A stretch of 64,000 nucleotides of DNA from the NCBI GenBank assembly GCA_016839555.1, contig JAEOUA010000004.1, positions 23,894 through 87,893 of the forward strand. The letters are read 5' to 3'. Under the pieces are notes generated by a model, which was given only the letters and a program-made list of their open reading frames with translations, did no database searches and was not told the origin of the DNA. The stretch comes from Promethearchaeota archaeon. GTDB lineage: Archaea > Asgardarchaeota > Lokiarchaeia > Sigyniarchaeales > SOKP01. Shown piece after piece: positions 35,408 to 46,601 of this stretch (position 1 is the stretch's first letter; each line of letters starts with the position of its first letter). Made by a program: the position numbers and the translations under genes.

Positions 35408-36517
35408 TTAAGCATGTGCTTTATTATATTCTTTTTGCACAAAATGATATAATTCTTTGGCTTTTTTATTCGTTTCAAAATGTTTTCTTACAGGCTCAAG
35501 AAAGTTATTAATGTATTTTGCCACAGCAGGCTTAAGATCAGGTGGATTTAGCTTACCTTCTTTATAGTCTTTTTCTAAATCTTTATAGGAGGTGTATTCA
35601 ACATCTCCACCATATTTTTCGGGTCTCTCAATATAGAAACTTTCAGCTAATTCAAAAATGATATATTTACAATATTCTAAAATAGGATTATCTGAAATTT
35701 GTTCTGGTGGACAATATGCTTTATTAATCTTTCTTTTAACATCTTTTGGAGAATCAAGCATAAAAATTGCTGAATCGGGATTTGATTTGGACATCTTTAA
35801 TTCAATCTCTCTATCAACTCCCTTACCAGTGATTTCCGCTGGAGGCAATAATCCCATCAGCATATGATGATGAATAGCTATTGGTTTTGGTCGATTAAAG
35901 AGGTCTGAAACCTCTCGAGCGAGCATATTAACTTTTCTCTGGTCTAATCCTAGTTGACAAATATCAACATCCATATAAAAAATATCTGCTGCTTGCATTA
36001 GTGGATAGAGAATTTGAGATGCGGAAAGGGTATCGCTCTCACTTCTTCCCATTATTTGGGTACACCGAATGATTCTATTGAGAGTGTTATTAATCCCAAT
36101 TTTAAGAACCATTTCCCAATATTTAGAATCTTTCACTATATTAGACGCGTATTTAAACTCTACCTTTTCCAAATCCATACCGCAAACTTCCCAGACTTCC
36201 TTAAAAAAGTCTCCTACCTTTCTAATAACCTCTAAATCGCCACTAAATTTTTGATTTGCAGCCGCATGCCAGTCTGCTATAAGAAAAATGAATTTAATAC
36301 CACATTTTGTAATTTTATTGACATTAATCGCCCTTAATAATCCTTGAGCAATATGAATATTGCCAGAAGGTTCAAATCCATCGTACGCAGATATTTCTTT
36401 TCCATGTTCCATCTTCCATTGGATCATTTCCCGCAATTCATCTAATTCAATGATCTCTTCGCCTACTTCTTGAAGTAATTCTATTTTCTCATCTAAACTA
36501 AGACTCATAATATTCAT
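35408..36517 (-). CDS. tyrS: Tyrosine--tRNA ligase (archaeal/eukaryotic type)
   Basis: YDGFEPSG, HIAQ (HIGH variant), YPLMQAAD, GLDQRK, KMSKS. Confidence 0.95.
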   Translation of the reverse strand: MNIMSLSLDEKIELLQEVGEEIIELDELREMIQWKMEHGKEISAYDGFEPSGNIHIAQGLLRAINVNKITKCGIKFIFLIADWHAAANQKFSGDLEVIRKVGDFFKEVWEVCGMDLEKVEFKYASNIVKDSKYWEMVLKIGINNTLNRIIRCTQIMGRSESDTLSASQILYPLMQAADIFYMDVDICQLGLDQRKVNMLAREVSDLFNRPKPIAIHHHMLMGLLPPAEITGKGVDREIELKMSKSNPDSAIFMLDSPKDVKRKINKAYCPPEQISDNPILEYCKYIIFELAESFYIERPEKYGGDVEYTSYKDLEKDYKEGKLNPPDLKPAVAKYINNFLEPVRKHFETNKKAKELYHFVQKEYNKAHA

Positions 36518-36646
36518 TCTCCGTTCATATTATTTAATGCAAATATTAAAAATGATAAAATTTTTGCGCCTCAGAATCGAAATAATATCAAAATAAATTT
36601 TTAATAAGTAAAAATAGTTTTTGATATTCAAGATAAAAATAAAAAA

Positions 36647-39337
36647 TTATTTCCTGTTTTGAATAGCTGCTTGTGCTGCTGCAACTCGTGCAATAGGGAT
36701 TCGGTAAGGTGAACAAGAAACATAATCTAATCCGATCTTATGGAAGAAATGTATCGAATCTGGCTCGCCGCCATGTTCACCGCATACACCCAACTTAAGA
36801 TTAGGGTTGGCACTTCTCCCTTTTTTTATAGCTATTTTAACCAATTCGCCTACCCCAATTTGGTCAATCGTATCAAAGGGATTTTGCTCCAAAATTTGTT
36901 TATTTAAATAAATTGGGAGAAATTTACTCTCCGCATCATCTCGAGAAAATCCATATGTCATTTGAGTTAAATCATTAGTCCCAAAGCTAAAAAATTCTGC
37001 TTCTTGCGCAATTTCATCAGCAGTAAGGGCTGCTCTGGGTATTTCGATCATTGTTCCAAATTTATATTCTAAATTAACCCCACATTTTTCAATTACTTCT
37101 TGAGCGACTTGTACTAATTGATTTTTTACTAATTTTAGTTCTGAGACCATACCGACTAGTGGTATCATAATTTCAGGAATTATGTCTATTCCTTCTTTTT
37201 TAAGTTCGCATGCCGCTTGGAATATTGCTCGTACTTGCATTTCATTAATTTCAGGCCAAGTAACACCCAATCGACACCCTCTTAATCCCATCATTGGATT
37301 TTCCTCGGATAATGATCTGATTAGAGTAATATAATCTTTCTTTTCATTTAATTGCTCATCTAAAGGACTTGCATGTAATAAGGACTTCGATAATTCATTC
37401 GTCATCATCAATTGTTGTCTTTCTAATAAGACCTCTGAAAGATCTGGTAAAAATTCATGAAGTGGAGGATCAAGTAATCTAATTGTCACAGCCTTTCCTT
37501 TCATGATTTTAAAAATTTCATAGAAGTCATTCTGCTGCCAAGGTAATATCTCTTCTAAGGCTTCCATTCGTTCCTTTTTTGTTCGTGCCATAATCATCTT
37601 ACGTACTACAGGTAAACGCTCTTGTGCCATAAACATATGTTCTGTACGGCATAAGCCAATTCCCTCCGCTCCAAAATCTAATGCTTTTTGAGCATCGACA
37701 GGAGTATCTGCGTTGGCTCTTACTCCAATTTCTCTTATATCATCAGCCATTTCTAATAGTTCGAGAAATTCTCCCTTAATTTCGGGTTCTATTAAGGGAA
37801 CTTTACCTTCAATAACTCTACCTGTTGTTCCATCAATTGTGACATAGTCCCCTTCTTTAACTACTGTTTCTGCAACTGTGAACAGTCTATTTTCTAAATC
37901 TATTTCTATATCTTGAGCACCAACAACAGCTGGCTTACCCATCCCTCTTGCTACTACCGCAGCATGAGAAGTTTTGCCTCCAAAACGAGTTAATACCCCA
38001 GAGGAAGCATATAATCCATGAATATCTTCTGGTTTAGTTTGAGGTCTAACTAAAATTATATCACTATCACTTTCATTTGCCATTTTTTCTGCCTTATCAG
38101 CATCAAAAATTGCGATTCCTGATACAGCCCCTGGAGACGCATTTATCCCATGTGCTAATACATGGACGATTCCAGATTCATCAATACTTTTAAATAACAA
38201 TTTAGAAATTTTGTTAGCATTCAGACTCATTATGGCATTCTCCTTAGAAATCAATCCTTCTTTTACCATATCTACAGAGATCTTAACAGCTGCAGAAGGA
38301 GTCCGTTTGCCGTCTCTGGTTTGTAAAATAAAGAGTTCTCCATCTTCTATAGTAAATTCAATGTCCTGCATGTCCTTGTAATGTTGCTCCAGTTTTTCTA
38401 AAGTATTTATTAGTTCAGTATAGATTTCTGGGAAATCATCTTTCATCTCTTCAATTTTTCTTGGTGTCCTTATTCCCGCTACCACATCCTCACCCTGTGC
38501 ATTCTTTAGATACTCTCCAAAACGGATTTTTTCTCCCGTTGATGGATCTCTTGAAAATGCAACACCCGTGGCAGAATCCCACCCTTTATTTCCAAACACC
38601 ATGGTTTGAATGTTTACAGCAGTTCCAAAATTGGGAATGTCATTAATTTTTCGATAAGTAATTGCTCTTTTATTATTCCATGATTTAAATACTGCTTCAA
38701 TGGCGAGAAATAATTGTTCAAAAGGATCTTGAGGGAATGGTGAGCCCATCTCCTTTTCATATAATTTTTTATAGTCCGCGATAATATCTTGTAGATCTTT
38801 TAATTCTAAATCAGTATCTTTTGCATTTCTCCCCTTTTCTCTTTTATATATCTCTAAGATTCTCTCGAATTTTTCATCGCTAATTCCCATTACAACATCA
38901 CCGAACATCTGAATAAATCTTCTATAGGAATCATAAGCAAAACGCGGATTATTAGTCTGTTCTGATAATCCTAAAACACTTTGGTCATTTAATCCCAAAT
39001 TGAGAACCGTATCCATCATTCCCGGCATACTCATTGGAGCTCCACTTCGAACACTCACTAATAATGGATTATTTGTATCTCCAAATTTTTTTCCAGTTTT
39101 TTGCTCCAGATTTTTAAGATGTTCTAATACTTTTGGTTTTAATTCATTCATAATAGCTTCCGGATTCTTAAAATATTTTAAGCAAGCTTCGGTAGTTATC
39201 GTAAAACCGGGAGGGATATTGAGCCCTAAATTAGTCATTTCCCCCAAATTTGCTCCCTTTCCGCCAAGCAGGCTTTTTAACTCTTTCTTTCCCTCTTTAA
39301 AATCGTAAATATATTTTTTATTTTCTATATCTGACAT
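36647..39337 (-). CDS. ppdK: Pyruvate, phosphate dikinase
   Basis: LGGKGANL, VSVRSGA, GGKTSHAAVVARG (phospho-His), GIGLCRTEHMF, SFGTNDLTQ, CGEHGG. Confidence 0.97.
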   Translation of the reverse strand: MSDIENKKYIYDFKEGKKELKSLLGGKGANLGEMTNLGLNIPPGFTITTEACLKYFKNPEAIMNELKPKVLEHLKNLEQKTGKKFGDTNNPLLVSVRSGAPMSMPGMMDTVLNLGLNDQSVLGLSEQTNNPRFAYDSYRRFIQMFGDVVMGISDEKFERILEIYKREKGRNAKDTDLELKDLQDIIADYKKLYEKEMGSPFPQDPFEQLFLAIEAVFKSWNNKRAITYRKINDIPNFGTAVNIQTMVFGNKGWDSATGVAFSRDPSTGEKIRFGEYLKNAQGEDVVAGIRTPRKIEEMKDDFPEIYTELINTLEKLEQHYKDMQDIEFTIEDGELFILQTRDGKRTPSAAVKISVDMVKEGLISKENAIMSLNANKISKLLFKSIDESGIVHVLAHGINASPGAVSGIAIFDADKAEKMANESDSDIILVRPQTKPEDIHGLYASSGVLTRFGGKTSHAAVVARGMGKPAVVGAQDIEIDLENRLFTVAETVVKEGDYVTIDGTTGRVIEGKVPLIEPEIKGEFLELLEMADDIREIGVRANADTPVDAQKALDFGAEGIGLCRTEHMFMAQERLPVVRKMIMARTKKERMEALEEILPWQQNDFYEIFKIMKGKAVTIRLLDPPLHEFLPDLSEVLLERQQLMMTNELSKSLLHASPLDEQLNEKKDYITLIRSLSEENPMMGLRGCRLGVTWPEINEMQVRAIFQAACELKKEGIDIIPEIMIPLVGMVSELKLVKNQLVQVAQEVIEKCGVNLEYKFGTMIEIPRAALTADEIAQEAEFFSFGTNDLTQMTYGFSRDDAESKFLPIYLNKQILEQNPFDTIDQIGVGELVKIAIKKGRSANPNLKLGVCGEHGGEPDSIHFFHKIGLDYVSCSPYRIPIARVAAAQAAIQNRK

Positions 39338-39537
39338 TTAGTTAAACCTCTTCGTAATATGGGGTAAATTAAATTGATGAGTCTATAATATATATAATAT
39401 AGATCGTCAAATTTTGATTTAATATTTAGTATTTATAAATTCTAGGTTTTAAAAAAAATTATCCTATATTGAGATATATATAATAAAGCTAAAAAGTTTC
39501 TTAAAGGAGATTTTTATAGATTATTGATATATATCTT

Positions 39538-40353
39538 TTATTTTAAAATATCTATTAGTTCCCAAATTCCATTTATAATAAAATCTGGCTTGTTCTTGCT
39601 TTGCTCAATCATATCTAATGTCGTCTCACCAGAAAGTACGCAACATGTTGTAATCCCAGAATTTAATCCCATCTTAATATCAGTATATAATCTATCTCCA
39701 AATATTACCGCATTTTCTGGAGATATCCCTATTTGTTGTAGCTTAAATAATAGCATTTCTTTATTTGGTTTTCCGAATACCCTAGGCATGCGACCCGTTG
39801 CTTTTTCTAAAAGAGCTGCGATACCTCCCGCATCAGGTATATAGCCTTTCTCCGTAGGACATCGATTATCTAAATGAGTAGCAATATAAGGGATACCTTT
39901 TTGAAGAAGGTAAGAGGCTTTAACAAGGCGTTCATAGGTTAATTCTTGATCAAAGGCTAAAACTAAGATTTCTGGACTTTCTTCTGTAAGATTAAATCCT
40001 TCTTCTATAAATTCTTTCTTCAATGATGATGTTCCCATTAAAAAAATAGTATGATATCCCTTATTTTTTAGATAAAAAATTGTAGGATGTTGAGATAAAA
40101 TGATATTATGCTCTTCTATATTCAATTTTAGTCGTTTTAATTTCTTTAAATAATCTGATGTGCTTTTACTTGAATTATTTGAAAGAAAAAAGAGTTGTTT
40201 ATCATTTCTCTCTTTTAATAATTGAATTAATTCGAGCACTCCCTCAAACAATTTATCTCCGAGATACACAGTCCCATCTAAATCAAAGAAAAAAACTTTT
40301 TTTTCTTTCAATTTCATTAATTCTAATTTACTCGAAATCATCATTTTCAACAA
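39538..40353 (-). CDS. HAD-IIA hydrolase (NagD family)
   Basis: FDLDGT, LSNNS, GKP, GDRLYTDI, VLSGET. Confidence 0.92.
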   Translation of the reverse strand: MLKMMISSKLELMKLKEKKVFFFDLDGTVYLGDKLFEGVLELIQLLKERNDKQLFFLSNNSSKSTSDYLKKLKRLKLNIEEHNIILSQHPTIFYLKNKGYHTIFLMGTSSLKKEFIEEGFNLTEESPEILVLAFDQELTYERLVKASYLLQKGIPYIATHLDNRCPTEKGYIPDAGGIAALLEKATGRMPRVFGKPNKEMLLFKLQQIGISPENAVIFGDRLYTDIKMGLNSGITTCCVLSGETTLDMIEQSKNKPDFIINGIWELIDILK

Positions 40354-40593
40354 AGAAAAAATAAAATTAAACTAAATCTAATTTACTTTTTTTTATTTTA
40401 ATTGCTTATTAACGTGTTGGTATTATAATTAAAGATATTATATGAATTTAGTGAAAACTTTAACAATAATATATAAGGTTGGTATTAGAATAATTGAATT
40501 TTATATTATAGAGAATAAATTAAAGAAAGAATTAGAAAGGTAAATTAAAAAAGCTTTAAATTCAGAGTTTAGGAGAGAAAAATTTGGATTCTT

Positions 40594-41745
40594 TTAAATC
40601 CCTATACCAATTGTATTTCCTATTCCAGCTATTATTACTTTTGATCCCTTTTCAGTTCGGCTTCTTATTGTATCTTTGATTTTCTCTACAATATTAGGTA
40701 CAGAAGACGTAATTGATTTTGACATTGTTGTTATAGCATTTTCTAGAGATTCTTTACATATGAATGCATCAATAGGAATTTTTTTCCCCGTTGATGATTC
40801 TTCTATAAAATATTTTTCTATTCCAATTCCTCCTATCGCCGCACCTACTCCAGGGGCAATTGACCCTGTTTTTTCTCCTTCCAATTTTAATCCAGCATCA
40901 ATCATAACAATTCGAGAAATAGAATCTCCATGTTTTTCAACCAAATCTTTAATGGCTTTACCGGGTTTTCCCACACATCCACCTGGACCTTTTGCCCTAA
41001 CTACAAAGATAATTCTTTCTTCAAAAGTTAATTCTTGATAAATGGTATCCTTCTCTATTTCCACAGCTTCAGTTTGACCATTGCCTAATATATTTCGAAC
41101 GAGACTCCCTGCTACCATTGCTCCTAAACCATCTCCAATGGGACTTCCCTCTGAAAAAGCTTTTGTTGCATAATAATATGATTTTGCCATTGCCATGATC
41201 AATGATAATTGCATTGCAATCTGCATTAATAAGAGCATCGATTTGGATTTTTTACCTAAAATTAGATAATGTTTTATTAAACGATATACAAAATCGACAG
41301 CCATAGTTGCTTCTAATAGATTTTCTAAATTCTGTCTTTGTACATTATCGGCATTAGGAGCTAATTTAGAAACTTCTTCTTCATAGCGATTATCCCTCAC
41401 ATTTACAATGTGGTCAAATTTGGGAATGATCCCGCTAGGATCAAGATCCACAGGACCAATTGTAATAAAATTTATAAAGTCCTCAATCTTAAGCATTAAA
41501 TCTTTGTCTGTTTCTTCCTTACTGGTAAATTGTTTAAATTTATTTAAAAGGATTTGTTTGCTTTCATCTCGCCAAGTCTTTAGCTTTTCTAATGCTGCCT
41601 CAATATCTTTACTGGCTTTCCACGCCTGAATCTTCTGCCCATAAAACATAGAAATGAAAATTAGAACAAAAAACAGAATATTAAAAATTAAACTGAAAGG
41701 ATCTGTTCCTTCTTGTCCAAACAATTGGGCTAATTGCAAAATCAT
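40594..41745 (-). CDS. DUF1512-like conserved archaeal membrane-anchored protein
   Basis: PVDLDPSGI, PIGDGLG, IDAGLKLEGEKTG, GVGAAIGGIG.EK, GIGNTIGIG. Confidence 0.78.
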   Translation of the reverse strand: MILQLAQLFGQEGTDPFSLIFNILFFVLIFISMFYGQKIQAWKASKDIEAALEKLKTWRDESKQILLNKFKQFTSKEETDKDLMLKIEDFINFITIGPVDLDPSGIIPKFDHIVNVRDNRYEEEVSKLAPNADNVQRQNLENLLEATMAVDFVYRLIKHYLILGKKSKSMLLLMQIAMQLSLIMAMAKSYYYATKAFSEGSPIGDGLGAMVAGSLVRNILGNGQTEAVEIEKDTIYQELTFEERIIFVVRAKGPGGCVGKPGKAIKDLVEKHGDSISRIVMIDAGLKLEGEKTGSIAPGVGAAIGGIGIEKYFIEESSTGKKIPIDAFICKESLENAITTMSKSITSSVPNIVEKIKDTIRSRTEKGSKVIIAGIGNTIGIGI

Positions 41746-41975
41746 AATTATTTTTTTAATCTCTTTTTACAAATAATAGAGTTATTTTAATTATTTATTT
41801 ACCTATAAAAATTAATTAAAATTAAAAATTTTGTTGTTATAATTATTTTGTCTTTTTATTAATGACCTTTAATACATCTTTTCGATTAAAAATGTCGTCA
41901 AATAAAATAAATGGAAATAATTTATTTATAATTAAAAGCTATCTATAATTAGCATAATAAAAATTGATATATTGA

Positions 41976-42407
41976 ATGATAGAAGAAGAAGACGAAGAAG
42001 AAGAGCTGAAGAAGGGGACTTCTTGGAAAAAAATTATCAAGAATATAATAGTGATTGCTCTTTTAATCTTAGGGATTGTTATTATGTATGGTGGATTAGA
42101 TTTAGGGTTAGATTCTTCTTATACTAATTTTTTTATTGGAATAACCCTTGTATGTTTTGCCTCATTTATTTTACAATATAAAAAAGAACCAGGAGAGCCA
42201 CTAAGAAGGACACTAACAATTTTAAAATGTAATAATTGTGATATAACTGAAGTTCGTCATTATAAAGAAGGAGATTTTGTATATAAACAATCAGATGAAT
42301 GTAGGCAATGTAGAGGAAACATGTTTATTACAAAGATCTATTCTGTTAAGCTAAAAAAGGACACAGTTCCTTCTCAAGGTAAAAGAGTTGCTATCAATAA
42401 ACATTAA
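41976..42407 (+). CDS. Two-TM membrane protein with a C-terminal zinc ribbon
   Basis: Two hydrophobic helices followed by CNNC...EGDFVYK...CRQC. Confidence 0.75.
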   Translation: MIEEEDEEEELKKGTSWKKIIKNIIVIALLILGIVIMYGGLDLGLDSSYTNFFIGITLVCFASFILQYKKEPGEPLRRTLTILKCNNCDITEVRHYKEGDFVYKQSDECRQCRGNMFITKIYSVKLKKDTVPSQGKRVAINKH

Positions 42408-42438
42408 TTCTTTTTGATTTTTAAAATGGAGTGAAAAT

Positions 42439-42879
42439 ATGTTTAAATTAGCAGGATTAGGGGGAACTTTTGATCATCTCCATGAAGGTCATAAGCTACT
42501 TATAAATACCGCTTTAAAAGTCGCAGAAAAAATTGTAATTGGATTAACTACAGATCAATTGTTAAAAAATAAAAAATATGCTTCAAAATTAGAAAATTAT
42601 AAAGTTCGTAAAAAATACATTGAAGAATACATAAAATCGATTTCAAATTTGAATAGAGTGTCTATTGTGGAACTAAATGATCCCTATGGACCTCCTGCCC
42701 ATGAAAAAAAATATGAAGTTTTAGTTGCAAGTCATGAAACTTATACCAATGCTATAGAAATAAATAACCTCAGAATGGAGAGAGGTCTAAGTCCATTAAT
42801 TATTGTTTTAATACCTATTCTTAAAGATAATAATAAAAAAATTAGTTCTACTAATATTAGGAGAAATCTTCGAGAATAA
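42439..42879 (+). CDS. coaD: Phosphopantetheine adenylyltransferase (archaeal/eukaryotic type)
   Basis: GGTFDHLHEGH, DPYGP, S.ET, KISSTNIR. Confidence 0.92.
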   Translation: MFKLAGLGGTFDHLHEGHKLLINTALKVAEKIVIGLTTDQLLKNKKYASKLENYKVRKKYIEEYIKSISNLNRVSIVELNDPYGPPAHEKKYEVLVASHETYTNAIEINNLRMERGLSPLIIVLIPILKDNNKKISSTNIRRNLRE

Positions 42880-43095
42880 AAGAATTTTCTAAGCTAAGAT
42901 ATTAGTAAAGAATAATTATTGTTTAGATTTAAGAGAGATAAATTTGAATAAAAAACTATAAATATTTTTTAGATATAAAATATTTTATTTTTTAAGTATG
43001 AATTGGAATGAATTGAGCAAAATTTTGAAACTAAATAGACTTAGTATTTTAAAAAATTCAATTCCATACTTTGCTTTTTTTAATTTCTTTATTCC

Positions 43096-43138
43096 GCCAA
43101 GAGAATAATTTTATATAATTTAAGGATATTCTCTTGGC
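43096..43138. repeat. Perfect 12-bp inverted repeat (hairpin) in the coaD-pheS intergenic region
   Basis: gccaagagaata (43096-43107) pairs with tattctcttggc (43127-43138); 19-nt spacer. Confidence 0.7.
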
Positions 43139-43325
43139 TGCGGATTATTTATGATTACCAAAATTTATAAATCTATGTCAATAAGTAAAAAAGATATTTA
43201 ATTAAAGATAGAGTAATTTAAGTTAAATCTAATTAAAGATAAGTATACTTAAATCAAAAAACTTAAATAAAACAATAATTTAGAAAGAATATAATAAAAT
43301 TTAGAACAATTGAAATTTTTTCATC

Positions 43326-44864
43326 ATGACTATAAAATTACACAAAAGAACAATTGAAGTCTTAAAAAATCTTAGAAAGTTCAATAAAGACACATATATT
43401 GCCTCAAATTTAGCAGGAGATTTAGATATTGATTATATTGTGTTAATGTCAGCAATAAATGAGTTACAAGAGAAAAGTTTGGGAGGATTTAATGAAAAAG
43501 AGATAGATCAAGTATCATTAAATGATGAAGGTTTATTATATTTAAAAAAAGGGCTTCCTGAAAGACAGCTACTTAATATACTATTAGAAAAGAATATTAA
43601 AGAAATTCCTTTAAAAGATTTCCAAAAGTTTTCAGAATTGAATGAAAAGTTATTTTTTATTGGAATATCTTATATGAAAAAAAATCGATGGATAGCTCAA
43701 AGTAAAGCGACTGGTGAAAATAAAATTTTTCTTATTGAAGAGAAGTTTCCTGAGACGGACCTTGAGAAATGTTTAAAAAAATTTAAAGCCAACCCTAATT
43801 TGGATTATTCAGAATTATCAAAAAAAGATAAAAAATCTCTTGATTTATTGAATAAGAGACAATTAATTAAAAAAAAAAGAAAAACTCAGAGATTAATATA
43901 TTTAACAGAAAAAGGAAAAACTATAAAAATTTCTGATATTGAAGAATTGGATCAAATAAGTAAATTAACCTCAGAAATGATAACTTCCCGAACATGGGAA
44001 AAATATGAACTAAAACCTTTTGATGTCAATAAACCCGGCCCATTATTAAAAGGAGGAAAAATACATCCTATGATTAACCTAATCAATAAAATCCGTGAAA
44101 TCTTTCTCTCTTTGGGATTTACTGAGATTAGAGGACCCATAATAGAAAGTGCTTTTTTCAATTTTGATGCATTATTTCAACCTCAAGATCATCCTGCACG
44201 AGAGTTGCATGATACTTTTTATCTTGAAAATCCAAAAGTTGCTAAATTACCCGAAAAAGATCGCGTGGAAGCCGTAAAAACCACTCATACAAACGGAGGA
44301 GATTCTGGTTCAATCGGATGGGGTTATAATTGGGATGAAGACATTGCGAAGCAAACTATTCTAAGAACGCATACAACGGCGACTACAATTAGAAGATTAG
44401 CACAATATTATAGAAATAATGATAAGCCCCCTATTAAGGTCTTTTCGATTGATCGAGTCTTTAGAAATGAAAAAGTGGACAAATCTCATTTAGCAGAATT
44501 TACTCAAATAGAAGGTATTATAATAGATGAGAATGTGACATTATGTGATTTAATCGGAGTTATTTCAGAATTTTATAAAAAAATAGGGTTCGAAAAAATT
44601 ATTACTCGACCTGGTTTCTTTCCCTATACAGAACCTAGCATGGAAGTAGCGGTATATTATGATAAATTAGGGGAATGGTTAGAGATGGGCGGTTCTGGAA
44701 TTTTTAGACCTGAAGTGACCTATCCATGGGGTATTAAAAATCCTACGAGAGTATTAGCATGGGGCTTAGGATTAGAGCGGTTAGCGATGTTAATGTTTGA
44801 AAGAGAGGATATTAGAGATTTATATATTAATCCAATTAAATGGTTAAGAGAGGAATCTTATTAA
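43326..44864 (+). CDS. pheS: Phenylalanine--tRNA ligase alpha subunit (archaeal/eukaryotic type)
   Basis: NFDALFQPQDHPARELHDTF, LRTHTT, VFRNE..D.SHLAEF.Q.EG, FPYTEPS, GLGLERLAM. Confidence 0.96.
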   Translation: MTIKLHKRTIEVLKNLRKFNKDTYIASNLAGDLDIDYIVLMSAINELQEKSLGGFNEKEIDQVSLNDEGLLYLKKGLPERQLLNILLEKNIKEIPLKDFQKFSELNEKLFFIGISYMKKNRWIAQSKATGENKIFLIEEKFPETDLEKCLKKFKANPNLDYSELSKKDKKSLDLLNKRQLIKKKRKTQRLIYLTEKGKTIKISDIEELDQISKLTSEMITSRTWEKYELKPFDVNKPGPLLKGGKIHPMINLINKIREIFLSLGFTEIRGPIIESAFFNFDALFQPQDHPARELHDTFYLENPKVAKLPEKDRVEAVKTTHTNGGDSGSIGWGYNWDEDIAKQTILRTHTTATTIRRLAQYYRNNDKPPIKVFSIDRVFRNEKVDKSHLAEFTQIEGIIIDENVTLCDLIGVISEFYKKIGFEKIITRPGFFPYTEPSMEVAVYYDKLGEWLEMGGSGIFRPEVTYPWGIKNPTRVLAWGLGLERLAMLMFEREDIRDLYINPIKWLREESY

Positions 44865-44883
44865 TAGGTGGAAGTGAGGAAAA

Positions 44884-46560
44884 TTGCCGACATTAGAATT
44901 AAAAATTGAAAGACTAGAAAAGCTATTAAATAAGGAATTAAATCTAGAAGATTTAGAGTACGACCTCCAATGGATTTCATTAGATATGGAGGATGTTAAC
45001 AAAGAAGACCAAACATTAAAAGTAGAATATAATCCAAACCGACCGGATTTTGCTAGTCCTGAAGGGATAGCAAGGGCACTTAAAGGATATTATGAGCTTG
45101 AGATGGGGATCCCAGACTATGAAATAAAATCAGGTAACGTTGTTGTTAACGTAGATCCAAGTGTTAAGAGAGTGAGACCATTTATAGTATGTGGAGTTAT
45201 TAGAGATGTATTTTTAGATGAAGATGAAGTAGCCACCTTAATGAATATTCAAGAACAACTTCATTGGGCAATAGGTAGAGATAGAAGAAAAGTGGCAATA
45301 GGAGTTCATGATATTGATAAAATTGAACCGCCATTTAGGTATACCGCTGTAAAACCAGAATCGGTTAGTTTTGTCCCATTACATGGAGATGGAGATCCCA
45401 TGAATTTAAAAGAGATCCTTCAATATCACGATAAAGGAATTGAATATGCTCATATATTAGAAGGAAAAGAAGTTTATCCAATAATATTTGATAAAAAGGA
45501 TCAAGTCCTTTCATTTCCCCCCATCATTAATGGTGTTATCACTACAGTTACCGATGAAACAGAGAATCTGTTTCTTGATATTACTGGTACAGATTTAGAA
45601 GCTATTAATCTAACTTTAAATATTCTATCAACCACATTAGCAGATATGGGTGCTAAAATTGAAAGTGTGAAAGTGGATTATCAAGATGAAGAAAATTTAA
45701 TAACACCTAACTTGGAACCGAAAAAATGGAATGTGTCAATTGATTATATTAATGATTATATTGGATTAAATTTGTCTGTGAATGAAATGATAAAATGTTT
45801 TGAAAAAGTGAGAATGAATGCCAAGAAATCAAATAAAAAAGACCAATTAGATATTTGGGTACCTGCATATCGGGGTGATATTATGCATCCCGTTGATTTC
45901 ACAGAAGAATGTGCAATTGGATACGGATATTATAATTTAGAAAAAACAATCCCTCAAGGAGCGATTGGAGAATTTCATCCTCAAGAAAACCTGGCAAATA
46001 AGGTAAGACATATAATGATCGGAGCAGGATATCTTGAAGTTCTGAATTTTATTTTATCCAATAAAACAAGACATTATGATTTCATGCGAATTAAGAAAAA
46101 AGATTCAGAATTAGTGCAAATAAAAAACCCCGTTTCAAAGGAATATAATACCACCAGAACATCATTATTACATAAATTAATGGAAACTCTGCAATTTAAC
46201 CGATCTGAGGAAAAACCAATAAGAATCTTTGAAGTAGGCGATGTAATTTTATTATCCAAGAAAGAAGAAACAGGAGCAAAAAGAGAATTACATTTGGCAG
46301 CCACTTCTTATCATGAAAATGCTGATTACACAGAAATTAAATCTACCCTTGATTTCGTTATGACTTCCTTAGGCCATCCTAATGAATTCACGGTTAAAAA
46401 AAGCAAAAGTCCTCAATATTTAGAGGAGAGATGTGGGGATATCTATCTTGGAAAGAAAAAGATAGGAGAAATAGGAGAAATTCATCCAGGAATTTTGCTC
46501 AATTTCAAATTAGAATTTCCTGTGGGGGCACTAGAACTCAATTTACAAAATTTTCTTTAA
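44884..46560 (+). CDS. pheT: Phenylalanine--tRNA ligase beta subunit
   Basis: NPNRPD, RRKVAIGVHD, SFPPIING, YRGDIMHPVDF.E, GEIHP. Confidence 0.95.
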   Translation: MPTLELKIERLEKLLNKELNLEDLEYDLQWISLDMEDVNKEDQTLKVEYNPNRPDFASPEGIARALKGYYELEMGIPDYEIKSGNVVVNVDPSVKRVRPFIVCGVIRDVFLDEDEVATLMNIQEQLHWAIGRDRRKVAIGVHDIDKIEPPFRYTAVKPESVSFVPLHGDGDPMNLKEILQYHDKGIEYAHILEGKEVYPIIFDKKDQVLSFPPIINGVITTVTDETENLFLDITGTDLEAINLTLNILSTTLADMGAKIESVKVDYQDEENLITPNLEPKKWNVSIDYINDYIGLNLSVNEMIKCFEKVRMNAKKSNKKDQLDIWVPAYRGDIMHPVDFTEECAIGYGYYNLEKTIPQGAIGEFHPQENLANKVRHIMIGAGYLEVLNFILSNKTRHYDFMRIKKKDSELVQIKNPVSKEYNTTRTSLLHKLMETLQFNRSEEKPIRIFEVGDVILLSKKEETGAKRELHLAATSYHENADYTEIKSTLDFVMTSLGHPNEFTVKKSKSPQYLEERCGDIYLGKKKIGEIGEIHPGILLNFKLEFPVGALELNLQNFL

Positions 46561-46601
46561 TATATTCTTTATAAAAATTAAGTTTTAGCAAGGAAAAGCA
46601 T

